Assembly (NCBI GenBank): GCA_963674825.1
Contig: OY771587.1
Location: forward strand, 1,440,001 to 1,504,000
Reading direction: 5' to 3'
DNA length: 64,000 nucleotides
Source of the DNA: Candidatus Cloacimonadales bacterium
Lineage (GTDB): Bacteria > Cloacimonadota > Cloacimonadia > Cloacimonadales > JAIOQZ01
A program made the position numbers and the translations under genes. The notes under the pieces are model-generated. The model saw nothing but the letters and a program-made list of their open reading frames with translations. It was not told where the DNA came from and made no database searches. Of the stretch, positions 32,073-42,079 are shown in pieces. Each line of letters starts with the position of its first letter. Within the stretch, counting starts at the first letter, position 1.

Positions 32073-33338
32073 ATGAGAAAATTGATGTTTATTTTGCTCT
32101 TGCTGGGATTATCCGTTCTGTTTGCGCAATCGTGCGTGGAAGTCTGGAACACAGCTCCAGACCCCAACGGTGTTGACGTTGCGTGCTTCACAGCACCAAT
32201 CGGCGATGACTTCGTGGTCGCGAGTGACACCTACATCTGCGCAATCCACACATGGATATCCTGGCAGGGCGACGTCGTTGGTACGATAACGAGTATCAAC
32301 GCGAGTATTTACGGACACGGAACCGCTGAACCGAATGGGTTACTCTGGAGTCACACCTTCTTCCCCGGGGATGGTATTACGTCCATTGGAACCGCAAATT
32401 TAGGTAATCAGTGGTTCTATTATCCGATCGGCGGCACTCTTCTTCCTGCTGATCATAACAACTACTATGAGCTGAATCTGGGGGATTGCGATTTAGCCCA
32501 GTACATCTCGGATGTGACAACACCATTCCACGCGCTTTCTGGAACCCGTTACTGGCTGGTTCTGCAGATTACTGCGTCTGGTGGCGATGTCGGCTGGAAA
32601 ACTTCAGCTTCCGACGATGGTTTCGACGCTACATTCTGGAATACTGGCACCACTCAGTTTGAGAGTGTGCTGATTCCAGCGTACGATGGATCCGTCCACC
32701 TGGCGTTCAGCCTCTGCGGATGCGATGATGAGACCTGTCCTGTCGAACTGTCGAGTTTCGATGCTGCGGTTACGCAGAGCAACTTCGTGCAGCTCAACTG
32801 GACCACCGAGTCCGAGAACGACCTACTGGGATACTTCGTGCTCCGCAGCGAATCCGATGTCCTGAACGAGGCCATCCCTATCAACACGGAGTACATCCTC
32901 GCCAACAACACGACGAATCAGTGCGATTACGTCTTCACCGATACCGAAGTTGAGCTGAATACAACCTACAATTACTGGCTGGAAAGCATAGAAATGAATG
33001 GTTCGAGCGATTTCTTCGGTCCGGTAAGTGTTATCGTCGAAGATGATGGTGGACAAACCCCGCCGGATCCTGGTGAAGTACTGACGGTGTTCTATTCGGT
33101 TTATCCGAACCCGTTCAATCCGAACACCAAGTTCAGCTACTCACTCACCGAAGCCGGTGATGTATCGTTTAAGATCTACAACACAAAAGGACAACTTGTC
33201 AAAGAGATTACCGATCACGGGAATGCAGGTACGAACAGCGTAAGCTGGGACGCAAGTGGGCAGGCGTCGGGGATTTACATGATCCACATGGAAACCGCCA
33301 ATTACTCGTCGATGCGCAAAGCAATCCTGATCAAGTAA
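32073..33338 (+). CDS. Secreted Cys-containing beta protein with a C-terminal T9SS-type domain (paralog B)
   Basis: Colinear with paralog A: GDDF...IHTWISW, QYISDVTTPFHA, CPVELSSF, YPNPFNP. Confidence 0.85.
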   Translation: MRKLMFILLLLGLSVLFAQSCVEVWNTAPDPNGVDVACFTAPIGDDFVVASDTYICAIHTWISWQGDVVGTITSINASIYGHGTAEPNGLLWSHTFFPGDGITSIGTANLGNQWFYYPIGGTLLPADHNNYYELNLGDCDLAQYISDVTTPFHALSGTRYWLVLQITASGGDVGWKTSASDDGFDATFWNTGTTQFESVLIPAYDGSVHLAFSLCGCDDETCPVELSSFDAAVTQSNFVQLNWTTESENDLLGYFVLRSESDVLNEAIPINTEYILANNTTNQCDYVFTDTEVELNTTYNYWLESIEMNGSSDFFGPVSVIVEDDGGQTPPDPGEVLTVFYSVYPNPFNPNTKFSYSLTEAGDVSFKIYNTKGQLVKEITDHGNAGTNSVSWDASGQASGIYMIHMETANYSSMRKAILIK

Positions 33339-33349
33339 TCACTTCCGAC

Positions 33350-33385
33350 AAAAAAAACCGCCCTTCTTCAGAGGGGCGGTTTTCT
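33350..33385. terminator. Bidirectional terminator, copy 1
   Basis: A8-CCGCCCTTCT-tc-AGAGGGGCGG-TTTT. Confidence 0.85.
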
Positions 33386-33440
33386 GTTTATATAAAAGCA
33401 GATCAAACATGGAACAAAAATCCTGCATCGCAGCCTGATT

Positions 33441-33562
33441 GGATCGCCAAGCCCCAGCTTGGCTACAGGGTGCGATGAATATCAAATGAAGAGAGACATA
33501 AGTTCCTCATCGATCATTTTTGCTCAAATCCAAGGAGATGCCAAGCTGGTGCTTGGCGATCC
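33441..33562. repeat. Inverted REP doublet (REPIN-like)
   Basis: GGATCGCCAAGC(C/A)CCAGCTTGGC at 33441-33463 (+) and 33540-33562 (-), 22/23 identical, 76-nt spacer. Confidence 0.75.
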
Positions 33563-33571
33563 GAAAAAGAG

Positions 33572-33601
33572 AACCGCCCTTCTACAGAGGGGCGGTTTTC
33601 T
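33572..33601. terminator. Bidirectional terminator, copy 2
   Basis: 29/30 identical to 33356-33385. Confidence 0.8.
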
Positions 33602-33621
33602 TCTTTCTACAAATCTATTGA

Positions 33622-34089
33622 TCAGATATGAACCGCTTTGTATTCAACGATCTGCGAACTCATACTCCGAAAGGTTATCCTCCGCATTTCGGGTTCACAG
33701 GCAAGGATCACCTTGAGGTGATTCGCGTTGTTTCTGCGATCATAGATCATTGTTTGTGACAGTCTTTTTACAATAAAGATCCCAAGTCCACCCGCCGGTC
33801 TTTGCTCGATCGGCAGATCAAGGTTCGGTTCAGGCATCTGAAGTGGATTGAAATCAATCCCGTCATCGACGAACTTAAGATGAATCTCGCCCGGCTGAGA
33901 GGATATCCGTATCTGGATAGCGTGCTCCTCGCCGTCGTTGAATCCGTAATTAACGATGTTCGAAAGAACTTCGTCCATGATCAGCGTCAGGTTGAAGGTT
34001 GTTCTTTGTGACAGGTCAAGCTTCTCGATGAACCTGTGAACTCTTCCAATTTCAGATAGCTGATTCTTAATAATCAAGTCATATTCCAT
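33622..34089 (-). CDS. RsbW/SpoIIAB-like anti-sigma factor ATP-binding protein
   Basis: DEVLSNIVNYG, DDGIDFNP, GGLGIFIV. Confidence 0.9.
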   Translation of the reverse strand: MEYDLIIKNQLSEIGRVHRFIEKLDLSQRTTFNLTLIMDEVLSNIVNYGFNDGEEHAIQIRISSQPGEIHLKFVDDGIDFNPLQMPEPNLDLPIEQRPAGGLGIFIVKRLSQTMIYDRRNNANHLKVILACEPEMRRITFRSMSSQIVEYKAVHI

Positions 34090-34263
34090 GGCAACCACCT
34101 GTATATTATCTATACACCAGATAATCTGAACAGGAAATGTTGAAAGCCAAACATTTTAATGTTTAATTTTTCTCAACACAAACCCTCAACACAGATTCAG
34201 GAAAAATTCCTTGTAAAAAAGCAGCACACGACTGAAATGGAAAAAAAGCAATCAGGAGAGATT

Positions 34264-35520
34264 ATGCATGCAGATCTTATCATTATAAATGCAAAGGAAC
34301 TCCTTACGCTTCAAGGTGATGCAACTCCTCGAAGTGGAAAGGCGATGAACGAACTTGGTATCGTCAAAAACGGCGCTGTAGCAATCAAGGACGGCAAAAT
34401 CGCCGCGGTTGGAACGACTGAAGAAATTCTTTCACAATGGCAGGGAGAGACTTACGACGCAAAAGGATGCGTTGTTATGCCCGGGTTCGTTGACCCACAC
34501 ACACATCCCGTGTTTTTCAACACGCGCGAAAATGAGTTTGAGATGCGCATCGAAGGCAAGACGTATGTCGAGATCTCAAAGAGCGGTGGTGGCATCCGTT
34601 CGAGCATCGAAGCCGTTCGCAAAGCAGATGAGGAGACACTTTTCCAGCTTTCGAAGAAGCGTATCGAGCGTATGATCAGTTGCGGAACCACAACACTGGA
34701 GGCAAAGAGCGGCTACGGTCTCTCCACCGAAAGCGAACTCAAGATGCTGCGCGTGATCAAGCGCCTGAACGACGAGCTTCCCATCGAGATCGTCCCCACC
34801 TTCATGGGCGCTCACGAATTCCCCGTCGAATACAAAGACAACCGCGAAGAATACATCCGCATCCTGAAAGAAGAGATGATGCCGAAGGTCGCCGAAGAAG
34901 GCCTGGCGCGCTATTGCGACATCTTCACCGAAGATCACGTCTATTCCATTGAGCAATCACGCGATATTCTTACTCGCGCGAAAGAACTCGGTTTCCAGAT
35001 CCGCATGCACGCGGACGAGATCGAGCCCATCGGTGGCGCTGAACTCGCTGGCGAGATGAAAGCGGTTTCCGCAGATCACCTGGGGGCGGCATCCGATGAA
35101 GGCATTCGCGCAATGCGTGATGGTGGCGTAATTGCGGTACTGCTTCCCGGCACAATCTTCAGCCTGGGCATGAAATCCTACGCCAGAGCGCGCAAGATGA
35201 TCGAAGAAGGTCTGCCCGTCGCGCTCGCCACTGACTACAATCCCGGTAGCTGCAACTGCGACAGCATGCCTATGATCATCACCATCGCGACCCTCCAAAT
35301 GCGCATGACGATCGCCGAAGCCATCACCGCCGCAACCATCAACGCAGCTTACTCCCTCGAAATGGGCGACAGAACCGGCTCGATCGAAGTGGGGAAACAG
35401 GCGGACATCCTCATCATGGATATGCCTTCGTACCAGTATCTTCCATACCACTTCGGCTCCAGCGACGTGTTAAAAGTCTTCAAACAAGGGAACCTGATTT
35501 ACGATCGTGGCAAATGTTGA
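34264..35520 (+). CDS. hutI: Imidazolonepropionase
   Basis: PGFVDPHTH, GGGIRSS, EAKSGYGL, FMGAH, HADE, ATDYNPG. Confidence 0.96.
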   Translation: MHADLIIINAKELLTLQGDATPRSGKAMNELGIVKNGAVAIKDGKIAAVGTTEEILSQWQGETYDAKGCVVMPGFVDPHTHPVFFNTRENEFEMRIEGKTYVEISKSGGGIRSSIEAVRKADEETLFQLSKKRIERMISCGTTTLEAKSGYGLSTESELKMLRVIKRLNDELPIEIVPTFMGAHEFPVEYKDNREEYIRILKEEMMPKVAEEGLARYCDIFTEDHVYSIEQSRDILTRAKELGFQIRMHADEIEPIGGAELAGEMKAVSADHLGAASDEGIRAMRDGGVIAVLLPGTIFSLGMKSYARARKMIEEGLPVALATDYNPGSCNCDSMPMIITIATLQMRMTIAEAITAATINAAYSLEMGDRTGSIEVGKQADILIMDMPSYQYLPYHFGSSDVLKVFKQGNLIYDRGKC

Positions 35521-36538
35521 AATAACACGCGCGCTCCTCGCATGGTACGAGTCGGAAAAGCGCGATCTTCCCTGGCGCAGAACCACCGATCCATATCGTA
35601 TCTGGATCTCGGAGATCATGCTTCAGCAGACCAGAGTACAGACGGTGATTGATTACTACGAGCGCTTCCTCGATTCCTTCCCGGATGTCGAGACGCTTGC
35701 AAACGCAGATTTCGAAGATGTGCTGAAAGCCTGGGAAGGACTAGGCTACTATAGACGCTCGAAGAATCTATACATGGCAGCGAAGGTGATTGCGCAAGAC
35801 TACAGCGGTCAACTCCCCGAAGATGTTTCCGAACTGGAGAAGCTTCCCGGATTTGGATTTTACACAGCTTCGGCGGTAGCCTCAATCGCATTCCGCAAGC
35901 GAACCGTTCCGGTTGACGGCAACATCGTGCGGGTACTGTCACGTCTGCAACGGATCGCGACCGACGGCAAAAGCCTGATGGACAAACGCGACATCCAGCG
36001 TCGTGCGATGCAGCTATTGCCATCAGACGAGAAGGATATCCCCAACTTGGTGCAATCGCTGATGGAGCTGGGTGCACTGATCTGCCTTCCGGACAATCCC
36101 AAGTGTAAAAATTGCCCGATTCAAGCGTATTGCGCGGCGAAACAAACGGACGATGTATTGCTTTATCCTATTCGGATAAAGAAAGATAAGCTTCCCGTCG
36201 TGCATCGCGAGATCGCTATGATTTATCGCAACGGCAAAATTTTAATGGTCAAACGAGCTGAAAATGGTTTACTGGCATCAATGTGGGAATTCCCCGCTTT
36301 GTGCGAACACGAAGAAATTCGAGTGCTAACGAAGCAAAAGCTTTTTCAGGCGTCCCACATTTTCACACACCTGAAATGGGTGCTGGAAATTTTCTCCTGC
36401 CGTATCGCCGAACTGTCGGAAAGCAGCGGGATGAGATGGTTCACGCCTGATGAGGTGCAAGCGCTGGCATTGCCGGTGGTTTTTCGCAGAATATGGAACA
36501 GATGGTTGTCTGAAAAGAGGCAGGAACGAGATGGATAA
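35507..36538 (+). CDS. mutY: A/G-specific adenine glycosylase
   Basis: RDLPWR, SEIMLQQT, WEGLGYY, HhH motif, VDGN, four-Cys FeS motif. Confidence 0.95.
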   Translation: MANVEITRALLAWYESEKRDLPWRRTTDPYRIWISEIMLQQTRVQTVIDYYERFLDSFPDVETLANADFEDVLKAWEGLGYYRRSKNLYMAAKVIAQDYSGQLPEDVSELEKLPGFGFYTASAVASIAFRKRTVPVDGNIVRVLSRLQRIATDGKSLMDKRDIQRRAMQLLPSDEKDIPNLVQSLMELGALICLPDNPKCKNCPIQAYCAAKQTDDVLLYPIRIKKDKLPVVHREIAMIYRNGKILMVKRAENGLLASMWEFPALCEHEEIRVLTKQKLFQASHIFTHLKWVLEIFSCRIAELSESSGMRWFTPDEVQALALPVVFRRIWNRWLSEKRQERDG

Positions 36539-37433
36539 ATATTATCGCGACAAGCGATCGATCGAGGTAAAGGTCGGGATCATCACGGTTGTATCGCTTT
36601 TAATCCTGGTGTTGGGCTACGCGTGGCTCAAGCAGTACCTGGACATGCGTAACTACACGCAGGTGACGGTGAAATTCGAGAACGCGAACAACATCAAGCC
36701 AGGTGAAACAGTCACCATGAACGGCGTGGAAGTTGGCCGGGTGAAATCGCTGCAAGTACAGGAAGACGGCGTTGTAATGACGCTTCTTGTGCGCATGCAC
36801 TTCCCGCTGAAAGAAGGAACACTGTTCCGGCTTCATGAATCCAACCTGATGGGAGGAAAGCGCGTGGATATCGATCCTGGAGCTGGCCCGGGCGAGCTCG
36901 ATCTGACACAGGTTCAGACCGGACACACTGACGCTGGTATCACGGGGGTTTTTGCACGGCTGGACAACCTGGTGGAGAAGGTCGATGGCATCATCTCGCA
37001 GATAGGCGGTTCAGATGGTATTCTGGGGGAATTCTATGCGCTTGCCGATTCCGCAAAAGCCATGCTGGCCAACCTCAACGATATCATTGGCGAAAACCGA
37101 GAGCCGCTGAGCGATACCGTCGCGGGAGCTTCGGACGCTTTCGTTAAAATCAACCGCATCCTCAATGAGAATGAGGATCCGCTCAAGCAAACGGTAGAAA
37201 ACCTTGATGGCGCAGCGGGAGACGCACGAAAACTCTTCGCGCGGCTGGATACTCTGGTTGCTCGGTTCGATCGAATTTCGAACAACATCGAATCTGGTGA
37301 CACCACCGTTTCGAACCTGTTGAACGAAAAAGAACTGTATGTCGATATGGTAGAAGCTGTTGCGCAGCTCGATTCACTTTTACAGGATGTGAAGGCACAT
37401 CCCAAAAAATACATCAATCTTAGCGTGTTCTAA
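36531..37433 (+). CDS. MCE/MlaD family protein with a helical C-terminal region
   Basis: EVKVGI N-terminal TM; V.MNGVEVGRV; NLMGGK; LLQDVKAHPKKY. Confidence 0.9.
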   Translation: MDKYYRDKRSIEVKVGIITVVSLLILVLGYAWLKQYLDMRNYTQVTVKFENANNIKPGETVTMNGVEVGRVKSLQVQEDGVVMTLLVRMHFPLKEGTLFRLHESNLMGGKRVDIDPGAGPGELDLTQVQTGHTDAGITGVFARLDNLVEKVDGIISQIGGSDGILGEFYALADSAKAMLANLNDIIGENREPLSDTVAGASDAFVKINRILNENEDPLKQTVENLDGAAGDARKLFARLDTLVARFDRISNNIESGDTTVSNLLNEKELYVDMVEAVAQLDSLLQDVKAHPKKYINLSVF

Positions 37434-37458
37434 TGAGTAACATGATAACTCTCAGTGG

Positions 37459-40400
37459 GTGTTGATGAAGAACAAGATTATCCTCTCGATCGTGCTGGCA
37501 CTCATGTGTGTCTGCCTTTTCCCGGTTTACTACGGTAAAAACAAAGTGCAAAAGAAGAAGGTGGAGTGGTCCATCATCGAAACGATGCACTTCGATATCT
37601 ATTTCAAGAAGGGTTCGGAAGATTTCGGCAAAATCGCCGCGCTCATGTCCGAAGAGGCATATTACTACCTCAAGCAGGACTTCAAGGAACCCATCCGCTA
37701 CCGTATTCCGATCATCTTCTACGAATCGCACAGCGAATTCGAGACCACCAACATCATCTATCCGCTTCTGAGCGAAGGTGTCGGCGGTTTCACCGAATAT
37801 GAAAAGAACCGTGTTGTAATTCCGTTCGACGGAAGCTATCGAAAGCTGGAAGAGGTGCTGACCCACGAACTGACTCACGCGTATGTGGGCGCAGTTTCTC
37901 ATGGCGGTATGCTGCGTTCCAGCGGTGGATTGCCCTTCTGGTTCAGCGAAGGTTTGCCAGAGTTCGAAGCGATCGGTGGCAAAGACAATTACAACAATAT
38001 GTTCATCATCGATATGATCCTGAACGACACACTCTATCCGATCAACATGATCGGCGGTTACTATGCCTACAGAATGGGCGAAGCGTTCCTGACGTGGATC
38101 TCGGAAGTCTATGGCCGCGAAACGGTGATGAAATTCTTCCACTCCGCTAGCATCGCACGCGATCCCGACGCATCCACGCAAAAAACCTTCGGCATGAAGT
38201 TCGAGGAACTTCAACAGCGCTGGGAAATCGCCCTCAAGCGAAAGTATTATCCACTTATCGAAGACTACGAGATGCCATTTGAAATCCTGGAGAAACACAC
38301 TGATCACGAGAAGACTGGCTCCTATCTCAACTACGCGCCGCGTTTTTCGCCCAACGGGCAGGATTTCCTCCATTTTTCCAACATCGACTACCGTACTGGT
38401 ATCTGGAAGGGATCGCTGATCGATTTGCAAAAAGATGAGCTGGTCTTGGAAGGCGAAACCACCGGCTCAGTTCAGGAATTCCATTTCCTGCGTAACAACG
38501 TTGCCTGGCTGGATGAACATCGATTTGCTTTCGTCGCCAAATCGACCTTCGGCGACAGGCTTTACGTAATGAATATCGATTCGGGAGAAAGGATCGAAGA
38601 GTATGAATTCCCGACCCTCGATAACGTTTACGAATTCGATTACTCTCCTGAAAACGGCAAGTACGTGCTCAGCGGCCAGCGCAATATGGCTACCGACCTT
38701 TACATCTTCGATCCGCGTGACGGCACCCTCGAGCAGATAACCGATGACCGCTACGACGACGGCTCACCTCGCTGGTCTCCTGACGGAACGAAGATTGCCT
38801 TCTACTCCGAACGGACAACGCGCGATGCTGCGCATCCCGACTCGAGTCATGTATTCTACAACCTCGGTCGCGACATTTTCCTCTTTGACACGACAGACCA
38901 GACATTTTACCAGGTTACCGACGATAGCTGGGAAAACCACTCTCCTTTCTGGAACAGCACAGGCGACATGCTGCTATTCATCTCAGAGAAAGACTACATC
39001 GCCAATTTCGACGTAATCAAACTCGATACCGGCCAAAGAGCCCCGGTTACCAAAACCCTTTGTGGTGTATTCACCGGTGACTTGAATTACTCAGACGAAT
39101 ATCTGGCGTTTTCATGCTTCTACAGCAACGGCTGGGACGTCTATTCACTCTCCAATCCGCTGGAAGACCTCGACTTTTACGAATATCATACACCAGTTCC
39201 AACCGTTCTGCACGATGACTTCTACAGCCGCATGGATATCGACCGCTATGAGCTTTTCGGCAAACGCGAGCGTGAATTCAAGCGCGAACGGCCGGATTTC
39301 TCCAATCGCAATGTCACCATGATCGATCTGGGCAAGCCTGCTGAAAGCGACAGCCTGATCAAAGAACACAATCAGCGAATCGACGCGAAGCCGGATACAG
39401 TATCGGTACGTCCGGAATTCAAACCCTTCCATCTCAAATGGTCGCTAGACCGCTTCTGGGGAGGTATGGCCTATTCATCGAGTTACGGCGCACTGGGGTA
39501 TTTCCAGTTCAGCATGAGCGACCTGATGGGCGATCACGCGCTGGGTGTGCAGCTATCGCTTGCCGGAGACCTTGACGACTCGAGCGTTGGCGTGATGTAT
39601 TATTATCTACCACATCGAATCGACCTCGGCGTCGGTGCGTTCTACTACAACACCGAGACGATCTACCTCGATTACTGGTACGATTCGATCAATTCGCGCT
39701 TTATGGACGGGAAAATCATCGAGCGCGACTTCGGACTGGAATCGGTGATCAGCTATCCGTTCAATAAATTCTGGCGACTCGATATCAGCAATTCGCTCTC
39801 CAAGTGGGAGCGTGAGCGATATTACTGGGACTACGACCTGGCAACTGAAGAGGCGTCGGATGGAGAATGGATTAAATACGATACGAAAGAAGCCGCCGTT
39901 TACGCGATCGGACTCGATCTGGTACAGGACAATACCCTGTGGAGTCAGACAGGACCGATATCCGGCTGGCGTGGTGCGGTGTCACTCGACAAGAGCCTTT
40001 CCAACGATGACGAATACTTCATCGCGTATGGTGATCTACGTAGCTATCTTCTCTTCAACAAGCGCTATGCATTCGCATTCCGCTTCCTGGGTGGCGCCAG
40101 CATGGGCAAAGATCCCCGCGTGTTCTCAATCCGCGGTTACAATGGTGTTCGTGGCGTCCGGGACGATCTCGAGGGTGATCGCAAGTTCCTCGGGTCCATC
40201 GAACTGCGTTACCCGATTATCGACTACTTCCAGATCAGCTTCCCGCTACCGATCGTTTTCCAAGAGCTCCGTGGGAGCATCTTCTACGATTTTGGAAGCG
40301 TGTGGTACGATGAAGATGGTTATCACGGTATCGTTGACAACGAATTGCAGGATCTTCGCATGGGATATGGTTTCGGGCCGCGCTGGCTTCTGGGATGGTT

Positions 40401-40488
40401 CGTATTTAAGCTCGATATCGCCTGGGAGACTGATACGCACACCAGCAGCAAGCCCACTTATTACCTCTGGCTTGCGCCTGACTTCTAA
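37459..40488 (+). CDS. Fusion protein: zinc-peptidase-like domain, TolB-like propeller, Omp85/BamA-type barrel
   Basis: YGKNKVQ; HELTH...WFSEG; PRFSPNG and PRWSPDG repeats; VRG loop motif; C-terminal F. Confidence 0.85.
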   Translation: MLMKNKIILSIVLALMCVCLFPVYYGKNKVQKKKVEWSIIETMHFDIYFKKGSEDFGKIAALMSEEAYYYLKQDFKEPIRYRIPIIFYESHSEFETTNIIYPLLSEGVGGFTEYEKNRVVIPFDGSYRKLEEVLTHELTHAYVGAVSHGGMLRSSGGLPFWFSEGLPEFEAIGGKDNYNNMFIIDMILNDTLYPINMIGGYYAYRMGEAFLTWISEVYGRETVMKFFHSASIARDPDASTQKTFGMKFEELQQRWEIALKRKYYPLIEDYEMPFEILEKHTDHEKTGSYLNYAPRFSPNGQDFLHFSNIDYRTGIWKGSLIDLQKDELVLEGETTGSVQEFHFLRNNVAWLDEHRFAFVAKSTFGDRLYVMNIDSGERIEEYEFPTLDNVYEFDYSPENGKYVLSGQRNMATDLYIFDPRDGTLEQITDDRYDDGSPRWSPDGTKIAFYSERTTRDAAHPDSSHVFYNLGRDIFLFDTTDQTFYQVTDDSWENHSPFWNSTGDMLLFISEKDYIANFDVIKLDTGQRAPVTKTLCGVFTGDLNYSDEYLAFSCFYSNGWDVYSLSNPLEDLDFYEYHTPVPTVLHDDFYSRMDIDRYELFGKREREFKRERPDFSNRNVTMIDLGKPAESDSLIKEHNQRIDAKPDTVSVRPEFKPFHLKWSLDRFWGGMAYSSSYGALGYFQFSMSDLMGDHALGVQLSLAGDLDDSSVGVMYYYLPHRIDLGVGAFYYNTETIYLDYWYDSINSRFMDGKIIERDFGLESVISYPFNKFWRLDISNSLSKWERERYYWDYDLATEEASDGEWIKYDTKEAAVYAIGLDLVQDNTLWSQTGPISGWRGAVSLDKSLSNDDEYFIAYGDLRSYLLFNKRYAFAFRFLGGASMGKDPRVFSIRGYNGVRGVRDDLEGDRKFLGSIELRYPIIDYFQISFPLPIVFQELRGSIFYDFGSVWYDEDGYHGIVDNELQDLRMGYGFGPRWLLGWFVFKLDIAWETDTHTSSKPTYYLWLAPDF

Positions 40489-40499
40489 ATCTCTGTAGC

Positions 40500-41900
40500 C
40501 TATTCCTCGCTCTTCACGCGGTCGTCGATCGTGGTTTCAACCAACCGCACGATATCGCGCAGTGCTTCTTCGCGCAGCAGTAAGTTGCGTAATTCCAATG
40601 CGTTCTGGCGTGCCTCATTCTCTGACTTCCCAAAACCACGTGTATCGCGATACTCCTCATTCGGCAGCCTGAAGGTCAGTAGCGTCCTGCTACCGGAACC
40701 ATTCAAAAGACGCAGGTTGAGCATCGAACGCGCAGCTTTGTAGCCAAACACAGCTTCGGAGGAATCACTTGATGTTGCGCGGAATTCCGCCTGCACAATA
40801 TAGTTTGTCTTCAGCGAATCAGTCGATTGCATCACTCGAAATCCCTGTTCCTGCAAACGACGCTCCAATTCGGTGGCAAGCCAGGTGTTTTCCGGCTGTG
40901 TCTGAATATCCAGCGAGATCGTAATGTTGTGATGATTCAGCGGCGAAGGAAGCGTGACCCGCAGACTGGGAAGAAATTGCACAACATCGGATTGATCCTG
41001 CACACAGCCTGCGACCAGCAGTAACTCGGCATCATCGCTGCCAGTGAAACGGTAATCGATGTCGATGATTCCATCCGCGCTCGAAAACACAACCCTGTCA
41101 ACATCCAGCACATCCGAAATCACCCGTACCGGCATGCCGGCAATGGGCGTTTCGTCAAGCATCACAGTATATTGTAATCTCCCTTCCAGGTCGCCTTCTC
41201 TGGCTACATATTCAATGTGCATACGGGTCGTGAGATTGCGCAGAATCCCTTCAAGACGCGCCTTGTTATCCTGGAATTGCTGATACTCAGGCAGGTGGAT
41301 CATCCAGTACTGCGAGAGAAATTCCTGCTCGATCGCCATGACCGATTCATAAAGAAGAAAGAGTTCGGGGATCCTCGCAGGATCAGTTATTGGAGTTGTT
41401 GATTCAAGTACCCGAAATCTGCGCGAAAATTGCCGGATTGTCTCTTTCCAAAGCGCTCTGAACTCCTCTTCCCGGAAAGGTGCTGCGACCCACGCTTTGT
41501 AGTAACGGGTCACGCCCTGCGAAGTCATGCGCTCCCACTTCTCGACGTAGCGCCGCTCGGGCGATACTTTGATGATGTTGCGTGCATAAATGCGTGACTT
41601 ATCCTCGGTGGTCAGGGTGCGGTTGACGATTCCGCTTTGCACGCTATCGGTGCCGGTCTCCAGGGTTTCGATGCATATCTCGATACCCAGGCTCTCCACG
41701 ATCTGACGCCGGGCGTCCTGCATGGCGTTTTCCAGGGCATCCGCCTCGGTAGGCATGGGTTGTGATACCCCAACGTATATCGGCGGACGAAGGCCTTCGC
41801 GCAATTCACGATCGCCTTCACGATCTACTATTCTCTCTTCTCCGACTGACAATGCGCAGCCAGTGATAAGTAGTAATAAAACGAGTGACAGTATTCTCAT
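40500..41900 (-). CDS. Hypothetical lipoprotein (LPP20-like N-terminal region)
   Basis: Lipobox LITG-C; YVGVS...ADALENAMQDARRQI; YVEKW. Confidence 0.75.
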   Translation of the reverse strand: MRILSLVLLLLITGCALSVGEERIVDREGDRELREGLRPPIYVGVSQPMPTEADALENAMQDARRQIVESLGIEICIETLETGTDSVQSGIVNRTLTTEDKSRIYARNIIKVSPERRYVEKWERMTSQGVTRYYKAWVAAPFREEEFRALWKETIRQFSRRFRVLESTTPITDPARIPELFLLYESVMAIEQEFLSQYWMIHLPEYQQFQDNKARLEGILRNLTTRMHIEYVAREGDLEGRLQYTVMLDETPIAGMPVRVISDVLDVDRVVFSSADGIIDIDYRFTGSDDAELLLVAGCVQDQSDVVQFLPSLRVTLPSPLNHHNITISLDIQTQPENTWLATELERRLQEQGFRVMQSTDSLKTNYIVQAEFRATSSDSSEAVFGYKAARSMLNLRLLNGSGSRTLLTFRLPNEEYRDTRGFGKSENEARQNALELRNLLLREEALRDIVRLVETTIDDRVKSEE

Positions 41901-41987
41901 GGATCCATCCGGATTTCGTTTATATGAATAATATAAGGATGAACGACAGGAATCCCAACCCGTTCATTGATGACGCGAAGCAGCAAA

Positions 41988-42014
41988 TTAGCGCTCTTTT
42001 GCGAAGACTGCTAA
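41988..42014. promoter_or_regulatory. CIRCE element (HrcA operator)
   Basis: TTAGCGCTC-N9-GACTGCTAA against consensus TTAGCACTC-N9-GAGTGCTAA, upstream of clpB. Confidence 0.9.
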
Positions 42015-42020
42015 TTTTAC

Positions 42021-42049
42021 TTGACAACGCCATCTGTTTCACATATCTT
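42021..42049 (+). promoter_or_regulatory. clpB promoter
   Basis: TTGACA-17 nt-TATCTT. Confidence 0.75.
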
Positions 42050-42079
42050 ATTATCAAAATCAATCTTTTCGGAGGTGAT

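Noticed and set aside
30303..33338. Paralog pair as a diversity-generating retroelement TR/VR
   Set aside because: Differences are not adenine-specific, both are full genes, and no reverse transcriptase is present.
41885..42079. N-terminal extensions in the ORF track (clpB; also hutI, polA, fmt)
   Set aside because: The extensions run through promoter/RBS sequence or the upstream gene; downstream starts fit the RBS positions and family N-termini.
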